Shown: positions 37,679 to 46,535 of the stretch, piece by piece
How the letters are laid out: every line of letters begins with the position of its first letter
Position numbering within the stretch: the first letter of the stretch is position 1
Assembly (NCBI GenBank): GCA_041660225.1
Contig: JBAZWV010000001.1
Location: forward strand, 62,558 to 126,557
Source: Patescibacteria group bacterium
GTDB lineage: Bacteria > Patescibacteriota > Patescibacteriia > 2-12-FULL-60-25
Direction: 5' to 3'
Length of the DNA stretch: 64,000 bases
Position numbers and translations under genes: made by a program
Notes under the pieces: model-generated
Databases searched by the model: none
Seen by the model: only the letters and a program-made list of their open reading frames with translations
Told to the model about the DNA's origin: nothing

Positions 37679-39976
37679 ATGCTTCCTCCTACGATCTTGG
37701 TGCTCTTCGGTGCGACGGGTGATCTCGTGGCAAAGAAGATCCTTCCGGCGCTGCTCCATCTTTCGCAAAAAGGAAAGCTCCCCGAACAACACACGATCGT
37801 TGCCTTCGGAAGACGAGAGATGACGACCGAAACATTTCGCGAATATGTCCGCGGAATCATCGGGAACGAACATCCGGATTTTTTGAAAAACTTTGTGTAT
37901 CAACGGGGGCAATTCGATGCGCTCGAAGATTATCACGCGCTTGCCGCAACACTTGATCCGCAAGCGAATCATCTGTTTTATCTCGCCGTTCCTCCGGAGC
38001 TCGATACGATGATTTTTGACGGACTCCGCGAATCCGGACTTGCCGCGCAACAAACGGGCGGCCCCGCTCGTCGGATCATCGTCGAAAAACCGATCGGTAT
38101 CAGCGCGGAAAATGCCACAGAGATCGAGGCGGCGCTTTGCAAAAGCTTCGACGAATCGCAGATCTATCGCATCGACCACTATCTTGCGAAGGAGATGGTG
38201 CAGAATATTTTAAGTTTCCGTTTTTCCAATAGCCTCTTCGAGCAAAGCTGGAACAATCGCTTCATCGAAAAAATAGAGATCCGCTTGTGGGAAGCGCTCG
38301 GCGTCGAAAAACGCGGTCCTTTTTACGATGGCCTTGGTGCGCTCCGCGACGTGGGACAGAACCATCTGCTTCAGATGCTTGCGTTTGTTGCAATGGAACA
38401 CCCGCAAAACTTTGAAGCGGCTTCGATCCGAAACAAGCGTGCTGAAGTTTTGGAAACGCTCGAAATTCTGTCGAGCGAAGAGGTCGCGAGCAAAACACGA
38501 CGCGGACAATACGAAGGATATCGCGCCATCGAAGGCGTGATGCCAGATTCGGACACGGAAACGTATTTCAAGATCGAAGCGACATTGAATACTCCGCGCT
38601 GGAACGGCGTGCCGATCACGATGGAAAGCGGCAAGCGGATGGGGGAGGCACGCAAAGAAATTGTCGTGACGTTCAAAGAACCGAACGAGTGTTTGTGCGC
38701 GACGGATACCGATGAGCATCAACGAAACGTCGTCACGTTCGGTCTCGAGCCGACAGAAGGAATCATGATCGAGTTTTGGAGCAAGAAGCCGGGATTGGAT
38801 TTCGAGGTTGAAAAACGTTCACTCGATTTCATGTTGCGTGAAAAAGGCGAACGCGCGCAGTACGTCGAAGAATACGAAAAGCTACTCCTTGATGGCTTCC
38901 TCGGCGATCAGACGCTCTTCGTCGACAAGAATGAGGTAAAGGCGATGTGGCGCTACATCGATCCGATCGTGAACGGATGGAACGAGGGTATAGCGCCACT
39001 TGAAACGTACATGCCGGATACGAAAACCATTGCGGAGAAAGAGATCTCAACAACGGTGACAGAAAAAGCGAAACCGGAACTTGCGATCCTCGGACTTGGA
39101 AAAATGGGCGGCAACATGGCGAAGCGGATGGTGGAACAAGGTTGGCGCGTGGTCGGATGGAATCGGACGCACGCCGTCGCGGAAGAATTATCGAAAGATG
39201 GAATCGAACCTGCTGCGAGTTTTGATGAGGTGATTTCAAAACTGAAAACGCCTCGCATCGTCTGGTTGATGCTTCCAGCTGGAGATGCGACGGAAGAAGC
39301 GTTGTTCGGAGAACATGGAATTGCGAAAAAACTTTCGTCGGGAGATACCGTCATTGATGGTGGCAATTCCTATTTCAAAGACGCTGCAGGTCGCGCAGAA
39401 AAACTGAAAGCACTCGGCATAAACTATCTTGATTGCGGAACATCGGGCGGACCGGGCGGAGCAAGACGCGGCGCGTGTCTCATGATCGGCGGAGATCGCG
39501 CGACGTTTGAAAAGATCGAACGGTTGTTCCGCGACTTTGCACTCCCCGGCGGATATCAATTCTTCGACGGCCACGGCGCCGGACATTTTGTGAAGATGGT
39601 TCACAACGGCATCGAGTACGGAATGATGCAGGCGATTGCCGAGGGATTTGAAGTCATGAAGCTTTCAAACTTCAAGCTGGATCTCACGCGCGTCACCGAT
39701 ATCTACAATCATGGAAGCGTCATCGAATCGCGATTAGTGGCGTGGCTCAAAGATGGTTTCAACGCATACACGACGGAGCTGGAAGGCATTTCCTCAACCG
39801 TCGCGCACACCGGTGAAGGCGCATGGACGGTGCAGAGCGCAAAAGAAATGGGGATCGAAATTCCGATCATTGAAGGATCGCTCGAATTCCGAAAGCTGTC
39901 AGAGCAGAATCCGCGGTATGCAGGCAAGGTCCTTTCTGCGTTAAGAAATCAATTCGGAGGGCATAAAGCGACATGA
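37679..39976 (+). CDS. zwf-gnd: fused glucose-6-phosphate 1-dehydrogenase / 6-phosphogluconate dehydrogenase (short YqeC-type)
   Basis: The N-terminal ~455 aa have FGATGDLVAKK, VEKPIG and RIDHYLAKE (G6PD). The C-terminal ~300 aa have ILGLGKMGGNMAKRM (NAD(P) fold), DGGNSYF and KMVHNGIEYGMMQAIAEG (6PGDH). There is a single ORF with no stop at the junction near 39041-39076. Confidence 0.9.
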   Translation: MLPPTILVLFGATGDLVAKKILPALLHLSQKGKLPEQHTIVAFGRREMTTETFREYVRGIIGNEHPDFLKNFVYQRGQFDALEDYHALAATLDPQANHLFYLAVPPELDTMIFDGLRESGLAAQQTGGPARRIIVEKPIGISAENATEIEAALCKSFDESQIYRIDHYLAKEMVQNILSFRFSNSLFEQSWNNRFIEKIEIRLWEALGVEKRGPFYDGLGALRDVGQNHLLQMLAFVAMEHPQNFEAASIRNKRAEVLETLEILSSEEVASKTRRGQYEGYRAIEGVMPDSDTETYFKIEATLNTPRWNGVPITMESGKRMGEARKEIVVTFKEPNECLCATDTDEHQRNVVTFGLEPTEGIMIEFWSKKPGLDFEVEKRSLDFMLREKGERAQYVEEYEKLLLDGFLGDQTLFVDKNEVKAMWRYIDPIVNGWNEGIAPLETYMPDTKTIAEKEISTTVTEKAKPELAILGLGKMGGNMAKRMVEQGWRVVGWNRTHAVAEELSKDGIEPAASFDEVISKLKTPRIVWLMLPAGDATEEALFGEHGIAKKLSSGDTVIDGGNSYFKDAAGRAEKLKALGINYLDCGTSGGPGGARRGACLMIGGDRATFEKIERLFRDFALPGGYQFFDGHGAGHFVKMVHNGIEYGMMQAIAEGFEVMKLSNFKLDLTRVTDIYNHGSVIESRLVAWLKDGFNAYTTELEGISSTVAHTGEGAWTVQSAKEMGIEIPIIEGSLEFRKLSEQNPRYAGKVLSALRNQFGGHKAT

Positions 39977-39977
39977 T

Positions 39978-40259
39978 ATGAAAACGAAATCAGCAATGAA
40001 GAAGGTCACGCCGTTTGCGCAGCACGTGTACGATATCGTGCGAAAGATTCCGAAAGGGAAGACGCTGACGTATCAGCAAGTCGCGATTGCAGCGGGACGA
40101 CCCAATGCATGTCGAGCCGTTGGGAATATTTTGAATAAGAATCGCGATGCAAAGGTGCCGTGTCATCGTGTCGTTCGTTCGGATGGCACGACGGGAGGGT
40201 ACGCTTGGGGTCCGGCAAAGAAGATTCGACGGCTACGGGCAGAGAAGGCTATCATGTGA
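39978..40259 (+). CDS. methylated-DNA--protein-cysteine methyltransferase family protein (C-terminal DNA-binding/active-site domain only)
   Basis: It has the PCHRVV active-site motif and is 93 aa long. Confidence 0.85.
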   Translation: MKTKSAMKKVTPFAQHVYDIVRKIPKGKTLTYQQVAIAAGRPNACRAVGNILNKNRDAKVPCHRVVRSDGTTGGYAWGPAKKIRRLRAEKAIM

Positions 40260-40264
40260 CGGAT

Positions 40265-41701
40265 ATGAACCGCGCACCACGAGCCGGGATCGCTCTTGCG
40301 ATCCTCGTCTCACTTTTTGGAATGTCTTCGGCTGACGCCGCTGCGGTACGACCCGTGCCCGTAAAACCGGAGCATACGCGTCCACCGGAAGTCCGTATCT
40401 GGGATGACGCGTTCCGGACGACCGGACGTTTTATGGCGCTGGATTCAAAAGCGACAGGCGGCGGGCACATTGCGGCCGGAGACATCGATGGCGATGGAAA
40501 CGACGAGATTGTTGTTGGTTCCGGCCTTGGCGCGGAATCGGAAGTCCGTATTTTTGATGTGAATGGAAAACAGCGCCTGACGTTTGCTCCATATCTCAAG
40601 GGATTCAAAGGCGGTGTTCGGGTTGCCGTTGGAGATGTGATCGGGGATTCAAAACTGGAAATCGTGACGGCACCGGGACCGGGAACGGAAGCGAACATTC
40701 GTGTCTTTGATGCGAATGGAAACGATCTTCTCGGGACAAAAAAACTTGCGTATGCTCCCGCCTTCGTCGGAGGAGTACATCTGGCGGTTGGAAATCTCGT
40801 TGGCGACAGCAAAGCGGAGATCGTCACCTCGCCGGGTCCGGGCGGCGGTCCGCATGTCCGTGTTTGGAATGGCTCGATGGAGAATGTGGGACATGACATC
40901 TTCGCGTTTACGCGTGACATGACCGATGGCGTCACCGTTTCGATTGCGAAGACTGAATGGGGACCGACGCTCGTCGCGGGCGTCGAAAGCTGGAGCGAGC
41001 CGCTTGTGCGCCTTTTCATCATGCGTTCCACACTCGTGCTCGCAACCGAGTTTTATCCGTTTGATCGCGCATCTCGTCGCGGCATCACGACGGCGGCTGT
41101 TGATATGGACGGGAATGGCATCGATGAAATTGCCGTGACGGGGAATGGAAGTTCCATTGGAGAAGTCGCTCTGTTTGATACATATGGGAATCGTCGTGCC
41201 ATCGGCCTGCTTCAAGATCCGACGTATCGAGGCGGGATGTCACTTGCTGCCGTCAAACGAGCGGGGAGTGAACGCGAGGGATTAGCTGTGATTCCAGCCT
41301 CGCCGGTTGTTATCGGTCCGACGGACGTCGATCGCTCTATCGACGTGAACCTGACACAGCAGCGACTCTACGCGTATGAACGTGGCCGTATCGCAAAGAC
41401 GTTCCTTGTTTCCACAGGGACATACAGCCATCCGACGCCGGTTGGAAAAACAACGGTTCAAAAAAAGATTCCGATCATGGATTATCGTTGGAGTTACGGT
41501 CCGGGACATCCGGATAACTACAACTTGAAAAACGTGAAATTTAATTTGAACGTCTTTCCGCACATCTACATCCATACGGCGTATTGGCATAATAATTTCG
41601 GGTATCGCATGAGTCACGGCTGCATCAACACGCACATCACGGACGCGGAATGGATCTTCAATTGGGCATCGACGGGCACACAGGTTGAGATCCATTACTA
41701 A
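40265..41701 (+). CDS. secreted FG-GAP/VCBS repeat protein with C-terminal L,D-transpeptidase (YkuD) domain
   Basis: A signal peptide is followed by repeats GDIDGDGNDEIVVGSG, GDVIGDSKLEIVTAPG, GNLVGDSKAEIVTSPG and VDMDGNGIDEIAVTGN. The YkuD catalytic motif is SHGCINT. Confidence 0.85.
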   Translation: MNRAPRAGIALAILVSLFGMSSADAAAVRPVPVKPEHTRPPEVRIWDDAFRTTGRFMALDSKATGGGHIAAGDIDGDGNDEIVVGSGLGAESEVRIFDVNGKQRLTFAPYLKGFKGGVRVAVGDVIGDSKLEIVTAPGPGTEANIRVFDANGNDLLGTKKLAYAPAFVGGVHLAVGNLVGDSKAEIVTSPGPGGGPHVRVWNGSMENVGHDIFAFTRDMTDGVTVSIAKTEWGPTLVAGVESWSEPLVRLFIMRSTLVLATEFYPFDRASRRGITTAAVDMDGNGIDEIAVTGNGSSIGEVALFDTYGNRRAIGLLQDPTYRGGMSLAAVKRAGSEREGLAVIPASPVVIGPTDVDRSIDVNLTQQRLYAYERGRIAKTFLVSTGTYSHPTPVGKTTVQKKIPIMDYRWSYGPGHPDNYNLKNVKFNLNVFPHIYIHTAYWHNNFGYRMSHGCINTHITDAEWIFNWASTGTQVEIHY

Positions 41702-41734
41702 GCGCACGCAAAAGAGTGGTATACTTTCCGTCGT

Positions 41735-42595
41735 ATGCCACGAGGTGAACAACAGAGCGGCCATCCGGAGGTGTGGGCCTTTCTGACGATCATTACATTT
41801 CCGATTGTTCTTATCGCAAGTGATCTGTTTGAGGTTGGCGGATGGTGGCCGTTTCTCTACGCGCTTCTCGCCACATTTTCGATTCTTGTTTTGGAAGTCA
41901 TCGTCCGTGGACGACTCTGGCCGTTTGAAAAAGAATTCGTGAATCACATTGGTCATCCCGAGACGCCATATCGCATTCTCGTCTTCCTGGGAGCAACGCT
42001 CCTCATGCTCGAAACCGTCGTCGTTGTCGGCGTGGCAACGGATACGCGCTTCGATGCGCCGCTTCTCGGACTCATCATCAACAAGCAGTGCGCTGCCCGG
42101 GGCGAAAGCCGCATTTCTGATTCAATCTGCCGTTTTTTGACCGAATCCAAAATTGATCCGCAATCGGAATTACGAACAGCTGATCTTTCGCGCCACGCGC
42201 TCTTACTGTTTGCGGAAAAAGCATGGTTTCCGAACGGGGGACACATCACCTGCGTCTCGCGTCCCGTCGTCCGCACCATGGAAGCGGAAAATACCGTTAT
42301 CCGTGAACTCAACCTCATTCATTGTGTCGAATGGAAGATTGATACATCAAACGCCCTGAGCATAAACAAGCATCAAACGCGATACGCTGCTGCGGCGCTT
42401 GCGCGCGATAAAGACGGTTTTCCCGTGGTCACAAGCTGGAGCGAGGATTCCGGCAACGCAAGCTGGGAAACGACGCTCGGTAATATTGCCGCCGTCAGTC
42501 GCGACAAAGTTGAGTCTCTCGGTATTCTCCCCGAACTGATTCCTGCGCTCGACCAAGACGCATTGGAAAAAGCACAATCGATCCTGAAACGATAA
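41735..42595 (+). CDS. hypothetical membrane protein
   Basis: N-terminal TM helices are followed by a soluble region with no recognised family. Confidence 0.5.
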   Translation: MPRGEQQSGHPEVWAFLTIITFPIVLIASDLFEVGGWWPFLYALLATFSILVLEVIVRGRLWPFEKEFVNHIGHPETPYRILVFLGATLLMLETVVVVGVATDTRFDAPLLGLIINKQCAARGESRISDSICRFLTESKIDPQSELRTADLSRHALLLFAEKAWFPNGGHITCVSRPVVRTMEAENTVIRELNLIHCVEWKIDTSNALSINKHQTRYAAAALARDKDGFPVVTSWSEDSGNASWETTLGNIAAVSRDKVESLGILPELIPALDQDALEKAQSILKR

Positions 42596-42626
42596 AAAAA
42601 GATCCCTCAGTGAGGGATCTTTTTTA
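42594..42626. terminator. bidirectional rho-independent terminator
   Basis: The sequence aaaaaaagatccctca-g-tgagggatctttttt has an A-run before and a T-run after. It lies between convergent genes. Confidence 0.8.
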
Positions 42627-42827
42627 GTAAGGCCTAGGAACTTTCGCCGCTTCGGGAGGAATTGTCGGTTCCTTTGTCGGAGCCGTGGCTTGCGGCGGCT
42701 GGCGCATCTGGTCCTGTACCTCAAGCGATTGCTGTTCGGCAGTCTTTTTGATGCAACCGGCACCGAGAAGAACACAGGAGACAGCGGCAATACCGAGCGC
42801 TGTCCGTAAAAGAATCTTTGATAGCAT
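42624..42827 (-). CDS. small putative lipoprotein (67 aa)
   Basis: ATG at 42827. A signal peptide with a lipobox-like LLGAGC is followed by a Pro/Gln-rich tail. The longer track ORF (to 43493) is antisense to the beta-CASP gene. Confidence 0.5.
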   Translation of the reverse strand: MLSKILLRTALGIAAVSCVLLGAGCIKKTAEQQSLEVQDQMRQPPQATAPTKEPTIPPEAAKVPRPY

Positions 42828-42878
42828 ATCGCATGAAGTATACCACGCGTACGACTCGATCGTGATACACTTTCTGCT

Positions 42879-44228
42879 ATGAAGATCTCCTTTTTTGGGG
42901 CGACGCGCGAAGTGACGGGTTCTTGCTATCTCGTAGAAGCCGGGCGAAGTCGAGTCCTCGTTGACTGCGGCATGTTCCAGGGATCGCATTTTGCTTCGCA
43001 GAGTAACTTCAAACCCTTCGATTTTGATCCGACCACGATCGACGCCGTTCTCATTACACACGGACACCTGGACCACACCGGCCGGATTCCGAAACTGCTC
43101 AAAGAAAAATTTCCGGGAAAGATCTACGCGACGCCACCGACATGCGATATCGCGCGTATCGTCATAGAAGATGCAGAGCACGTGATGGACGATGAGTTCA
43201 AACGGAAGGGTACGCCAAAGCTGTACGAGCAACGCGACGTGGAAGCCGTCGTCAAACGACTCACGCCCGTTGATTATTCCGTTCATACGAAACTGGACGG
43301 TCTTTCGTTCAGATTTCGTGATGCCGGACACATTTTTGGCAGTTCGTTTATTGAGATCGAAGAAACGGGCGGAGCGAAAGCGGTTTTTTCTGGCGACGTC
43401 GGTAACAAAAATGTTCCGATTCTTCGACCGACGGCACAAATGTTTGCATGTGATGCGCTGATCATCGAATCCACATATGGAAATCGCATTCACGAAAGTG
43501 AAGCGACCCGCGAGTCGCGTCTAAAAGAGGCGGTTGTCAAAACGATCAAACAAAACGGCGTCCTCGTTGTTCCTGCGTTTGCGGTTGAACGGACACAACA
43601 GCTCCTCTATGAGCTGAATCACCTCGTCGAAAATAAACTCATTCCGCCCGTGGACGTTTATCTCGACAGTCCGATGGCGATCAAAATTACCGAAGTCATC
43701 AAATCGTATCCCGAATATTACGATAAGGAAGCGCTTCGCATCGTTGCGACAGGGGATGATCTCTTTTCATTTCCCGGTCTCCGCGTTACAGCGTCACGGG
43801 ACGAGTCGAAAGCAATCAACGATGCTCCGCGACCCAAAGTGATCATTGCCGGTGCCGGCATGATGAACGGGGGACGCATCCAGCATCACCTCGTCCGATA
43901 TCTCAGCGATCCACGCTCGACGATCCTCATCATCGGATACCAGGCTAGCGGAACACTTGGACGCCGGTTGTATTCAGGAGAAAAAACCGTTGATGTTCTG
44001 GACGAAACCGTTCACGTGAAAGCTGCGATCACTTCCATCGGAGCGTATAGCGCACATGCGGATCAGCACACACTCATTGAATGGATCGATGGTGCCGAAA
44101 AGCCTCCGGGCCATGTCTACTGTACCCATGGGGAAGAAGACGCCGCTGCCGGGCTTGCGACACGCATCACTGAAGATCTTGGAATCAAAGCTGACGTTCC
44201 GCGCCTCGGTGACGTCATAACGCTCTAA
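42879..44228 (+). CDS. MBL-fold metallo-hydrolase, beta-CASP family (RNA-processing type)
   Basis: It has the HGHLDHTG motif, GSCYLVEAG, beta-CASP motifs and a C-terminal SAHAD. Confidence 0.88.
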   Translation: MKISFFGATREVTGSCYLVEAGRSRVLVDCGMFQGSHFASQSNFKPFDFDPTTIDAVLITHGHLDHTGRIPKLLKEKFPGKIYATPPTCDIARIVIEDAEHVMDDEFKRKGTPKLYEQRDVEAVVKRLTPVDYSVHTKLDGLSFRFRDAGHIFGSSFIEIEETGGAKAVFSGDVGNKNVPILRPTAQMFACDALIIESTYGNRIHESEATRESRLKEAVVKTIKQNGVLVVPAFAVERTQQLLYELNHLVENKLIPPVDVYLDSPMAIKITEVIKSYPEYYDKEALRIVATGDDLFSFPGLRVTASRDESKAINDAPRPKVIIAGAGMMNGGRIQHHLVRYLSDPRSTILIIGYQASGTLGRRLYSGEKTVDVLDETVHVKAAITSIGAYSAHADQHTLIEWIDGAEKPPGHVYCTHGEEDAAAGLATRITEDLGIKADVPRLGDVITL

Positions 44229-44231
44229 CAT

Positions 44232-45146
44232 ATGTCATGGCTTCTCTTTGCAATCCTGGGACATGCGGCGAATGGCATCGCGTTTATCATCGATAAAGCG
44301 CTCCTCTCAACCGCATTTAAACGCAGCGCGACCTATGCCGGTCTCATCTGCATCCTGTCGTTCCTCGTCGTCCTGGCCGCGCCATGGGTTACGCATTGGC
44401 CAACGGGAACGACCGCATTCGTTGCGATCGCATCCGGCGTCACATTCACGCTCGGACTGTGGGCCTTCTTTGCCGCTCTCGCACGCGCCGAAGCCAGCCG
44501 CGTGGTTCCAATCGCCGGTTCGCTGATTCCGATGCTGACGCTGCTCGGGTCATTTGTTTTTTTGAACGAACGTCTCTCTCAACCGCAACTTCTCGGATTC
44601 GCATTTCTCGTTGTTGCGACCGTTATTCTGTCATCAAGCGGAGGGAAGGCGCGTCCGCCAGCAAACGCGATCGGATTCGTCCTGCTTTCTTCCGTGCTTT
44701 TCGGAATTGCTTCCGTCAGCGCGAAATTCAGTTATGACGCATTGGGGTTTCTCTCCGGTTTTATCTCAAACCGTCTTGCTGCTGCGGCGACCGCTGTCGT
44801 TGTCGTAACGTTGCTTGATAGCGCCGCAGGATCCGAACTCTGGTCCATCGTCCGACCGAAAAAGGGGAAGGGAAGCAAGCTGACAAAGAATGCCGGAATC
44901 CTGGCCGTGATCGGACAGGCGACCGGTTCTGCTGGCTTCCTCCTTGTTCAATACGCCGTTTCGATGGGGAGTGCTTCGATCGTGAACGCGCTTCAGGCCG
45001 TACAATACGCGCTCCTTGTGTTGGCCGCGTTCGCACTGCGACATCGAGCGCCAAAGCTTCTTGGTGAGAACCTCGCTCCGAAGGTCGTTGCGATCAAAAC
45101 ATTTGCGCTCATTTTAACGGCCATCGGTCTTGCCCTCATTTTATAA
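44232..45146 (+). CDS. EamA/DMT family transporter
   Basis: It has ten hydrophobic segments in two repeats of five. Confidence 0.8.
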   Translation: MSWLLFAILGHAANGIAFIIDKALLSTAFKRSATYAGLICILSFLVVLAAPWVTHWPTGTTAFVAIASGVTFTLGLWAFFAALARAEASRVVPIAGSLIPMLTLLGSFVFLNERLSQPQLLGFAFLVVATVILSSSGGKARPPANAIGFVLLSSVLFGIASVSAKFSYDALGFLSGFISNRLAAAATAVVVVTLLDSAAGSELWSIVRPKKGKGSKLTKNAGILAVIGQATGSAGFLLVQYAVSMGSASIVNALQAVQYALLVLAAFALRHRAPKLLGENLAPKVVAIKTFALILTAIGLALIL

Positions 45147-45151
45147 ATCAC

Positions 45152-46162
45152 ATGCTTCGTCACGCGCCTCACATGCTGCTTACATTTCTCGCTGTTGCGT
45201 GCGCTGTTTTTCTCGTCGTCCTCGGTTTTTTGCTGACGGATAGCCCGCAACGGAATCGCGAGGTAGACTTCGGCATGACGTTCAGCCGACCGTACGCGCG
45301 AGATGAGCTCGGCCTCGATGCCGATCGTGTTCTCACGGCTTCACTCGATGAACTCGGCATCCGTCGCTTCCGGATCGGAGCGTATTGGAATTTTATCGAA
45401 CCGCAAAAAGGAGACTGGAATTTTGATGATCTCGATCGCGATATTCGAGAAATCGAGGCACGTGGCGGGTCGATCGTTCTTGCCGTCGGACAAAAATTGC
45501 CGCGCTGGCCGGAATGCTGGGCGCCGGAGTGGTCAAAACAGCTCTCATCTTCAGACCGAGAAGCGGCGACGTTGCAATACATCGAAACAGTGGTGACACG
45601 CTACCGCGAAAACAAAACCATTATCGCCTGGCAGATCGAAAATGAACCACATTTTGAATACGGAGAATGTCCGAAAACGGATCCTGCGTTTCATGCACAG
45701 GAAGTTGATCTTGTCCGCAGTCTGGATGGAACACGTCCTGTTGTGACGACGGACTCAGGAGAACTCTCGCTCTGGACCACGTTCGGTCGCAGCGTTGATG
45801 CGCTCGGCATCAGCGTCTATCGCGTCGTTCAGAATCCCACGATCGGCATTTGGCGCTACTGGTTTATTCCTCCGAGTTTTTATCGTCGCAAGGCCCAGAT
45901 CCTTCAGCCGTTCGGCGTCCATACGATCTACGTCAGCGAGTTCCAAATGGAGCCGTGGAGCAACAAGCCGCTCCCCCAAACGCCGGTTGAAGATCAGATG
46001 AAGACATTCAATCTCGCACAGATGAAAAAGAATATCGCCTACGCGAAGCGCATGGGTATTTCTCCGATCGATTTTTGGGGCGTCGAATGGTGGTATTGGA
46101 TGAAAGAAAAACGGGAACACCCTGAGTTTTGGGAAATGGCGAAAACAATCTACCAAAAATAA
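45152..46162 (+). CDS. membrane-anchored clan GH-A glycoside hydrolase-like protein (cellulase/GH5-like)
   Basis: An N-terminal TM helix is present. The WQIENEP catalytic acid/base-type motif is present. A second Glu lies in the context SEFQMEPW. Confidence 0.65.
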   Translation: MLRHAPHMLLTFLAVACAVFLVVLGFLLTDSPQRNREVDFGMTFSRPYARDELGLDADRVLTASLDELGIRRFRIGAYWNFIEPQKGDWNFDDLDRDIREIEARGGSIVLAVGQKLPRWPECWAPEWSKQLSSSDREAATLQYIETVVTRYRENKTIIAWQIENEPHFEYGECPKTDPAFHAQEVDLVRSLDGTRPVVTTDSGELSLWTTFGRSVDALGISVYRVVQNPTIGIWRYWFIPPSFYRRKAQILQPFGVHTIYVSEFQMEPWSNKPLPQTPVEDQMKTFNLAQMKKNIAYAKRMGISPIDFWGVEWWYWMKEKREHPEFWEMAKTIYQK

Positions 46163-46184
46163 AAACCCCGATGTACATCGGGGA
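46161..46184. terminator. hairpin between convergent genes
   Basis: The palindrome ccccgatgt|acatcgggg (46166-46183) is preceded by an A-run, which is a T-run for the minus-strand gene. Confidence 0.6.
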
Positions 46185-46424
46185 TCACGGTCTACGACCG
46201 CGTTTTGTTCGTTTATGGGGGTAGAGCATCAGCGTTCCTGCACAGAACGAGACAAGCATCAGTCCGACGAGGGCAAGACGGACCGGGAAAGGCCATCCCA
46301 TATTGCCGAAGACCGCAACAACGGCCAAACAGACGGGAGCTCCGAAAAAAATGGCGGCGACGACAATCACCATTCCCACCTTTGTCAGGCGATCTTCAAA
46401 GACGGACGGAGACGGTTCTTCCAT
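46185..46424 (-). CDS. small hypothetical membrane protein
   Basis: ATG at 46424 has GGAGG about 7 nt upstream on the minus strand. Two TM helices are present. Confidence 0.5.
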   Translation of the reverse strand: MEEPSPSVFEDRLTKVGMVIVVAAIFFGAPVCLAVVAVFGNMGWPFPVRLALVGLMLVSFCAGTLMLYPHKRTKRGRRP

Positions 46425-46535
46425 ACAATCCTCCAAAAAACAGGGAAAGGACGAGTGAGGGACAGCATAGAGGACTTTTCCATGCGGGGCAAACCTTGAC
46501 CGAATGGGTAATTTTGGCTATGATCCGCCCACATT

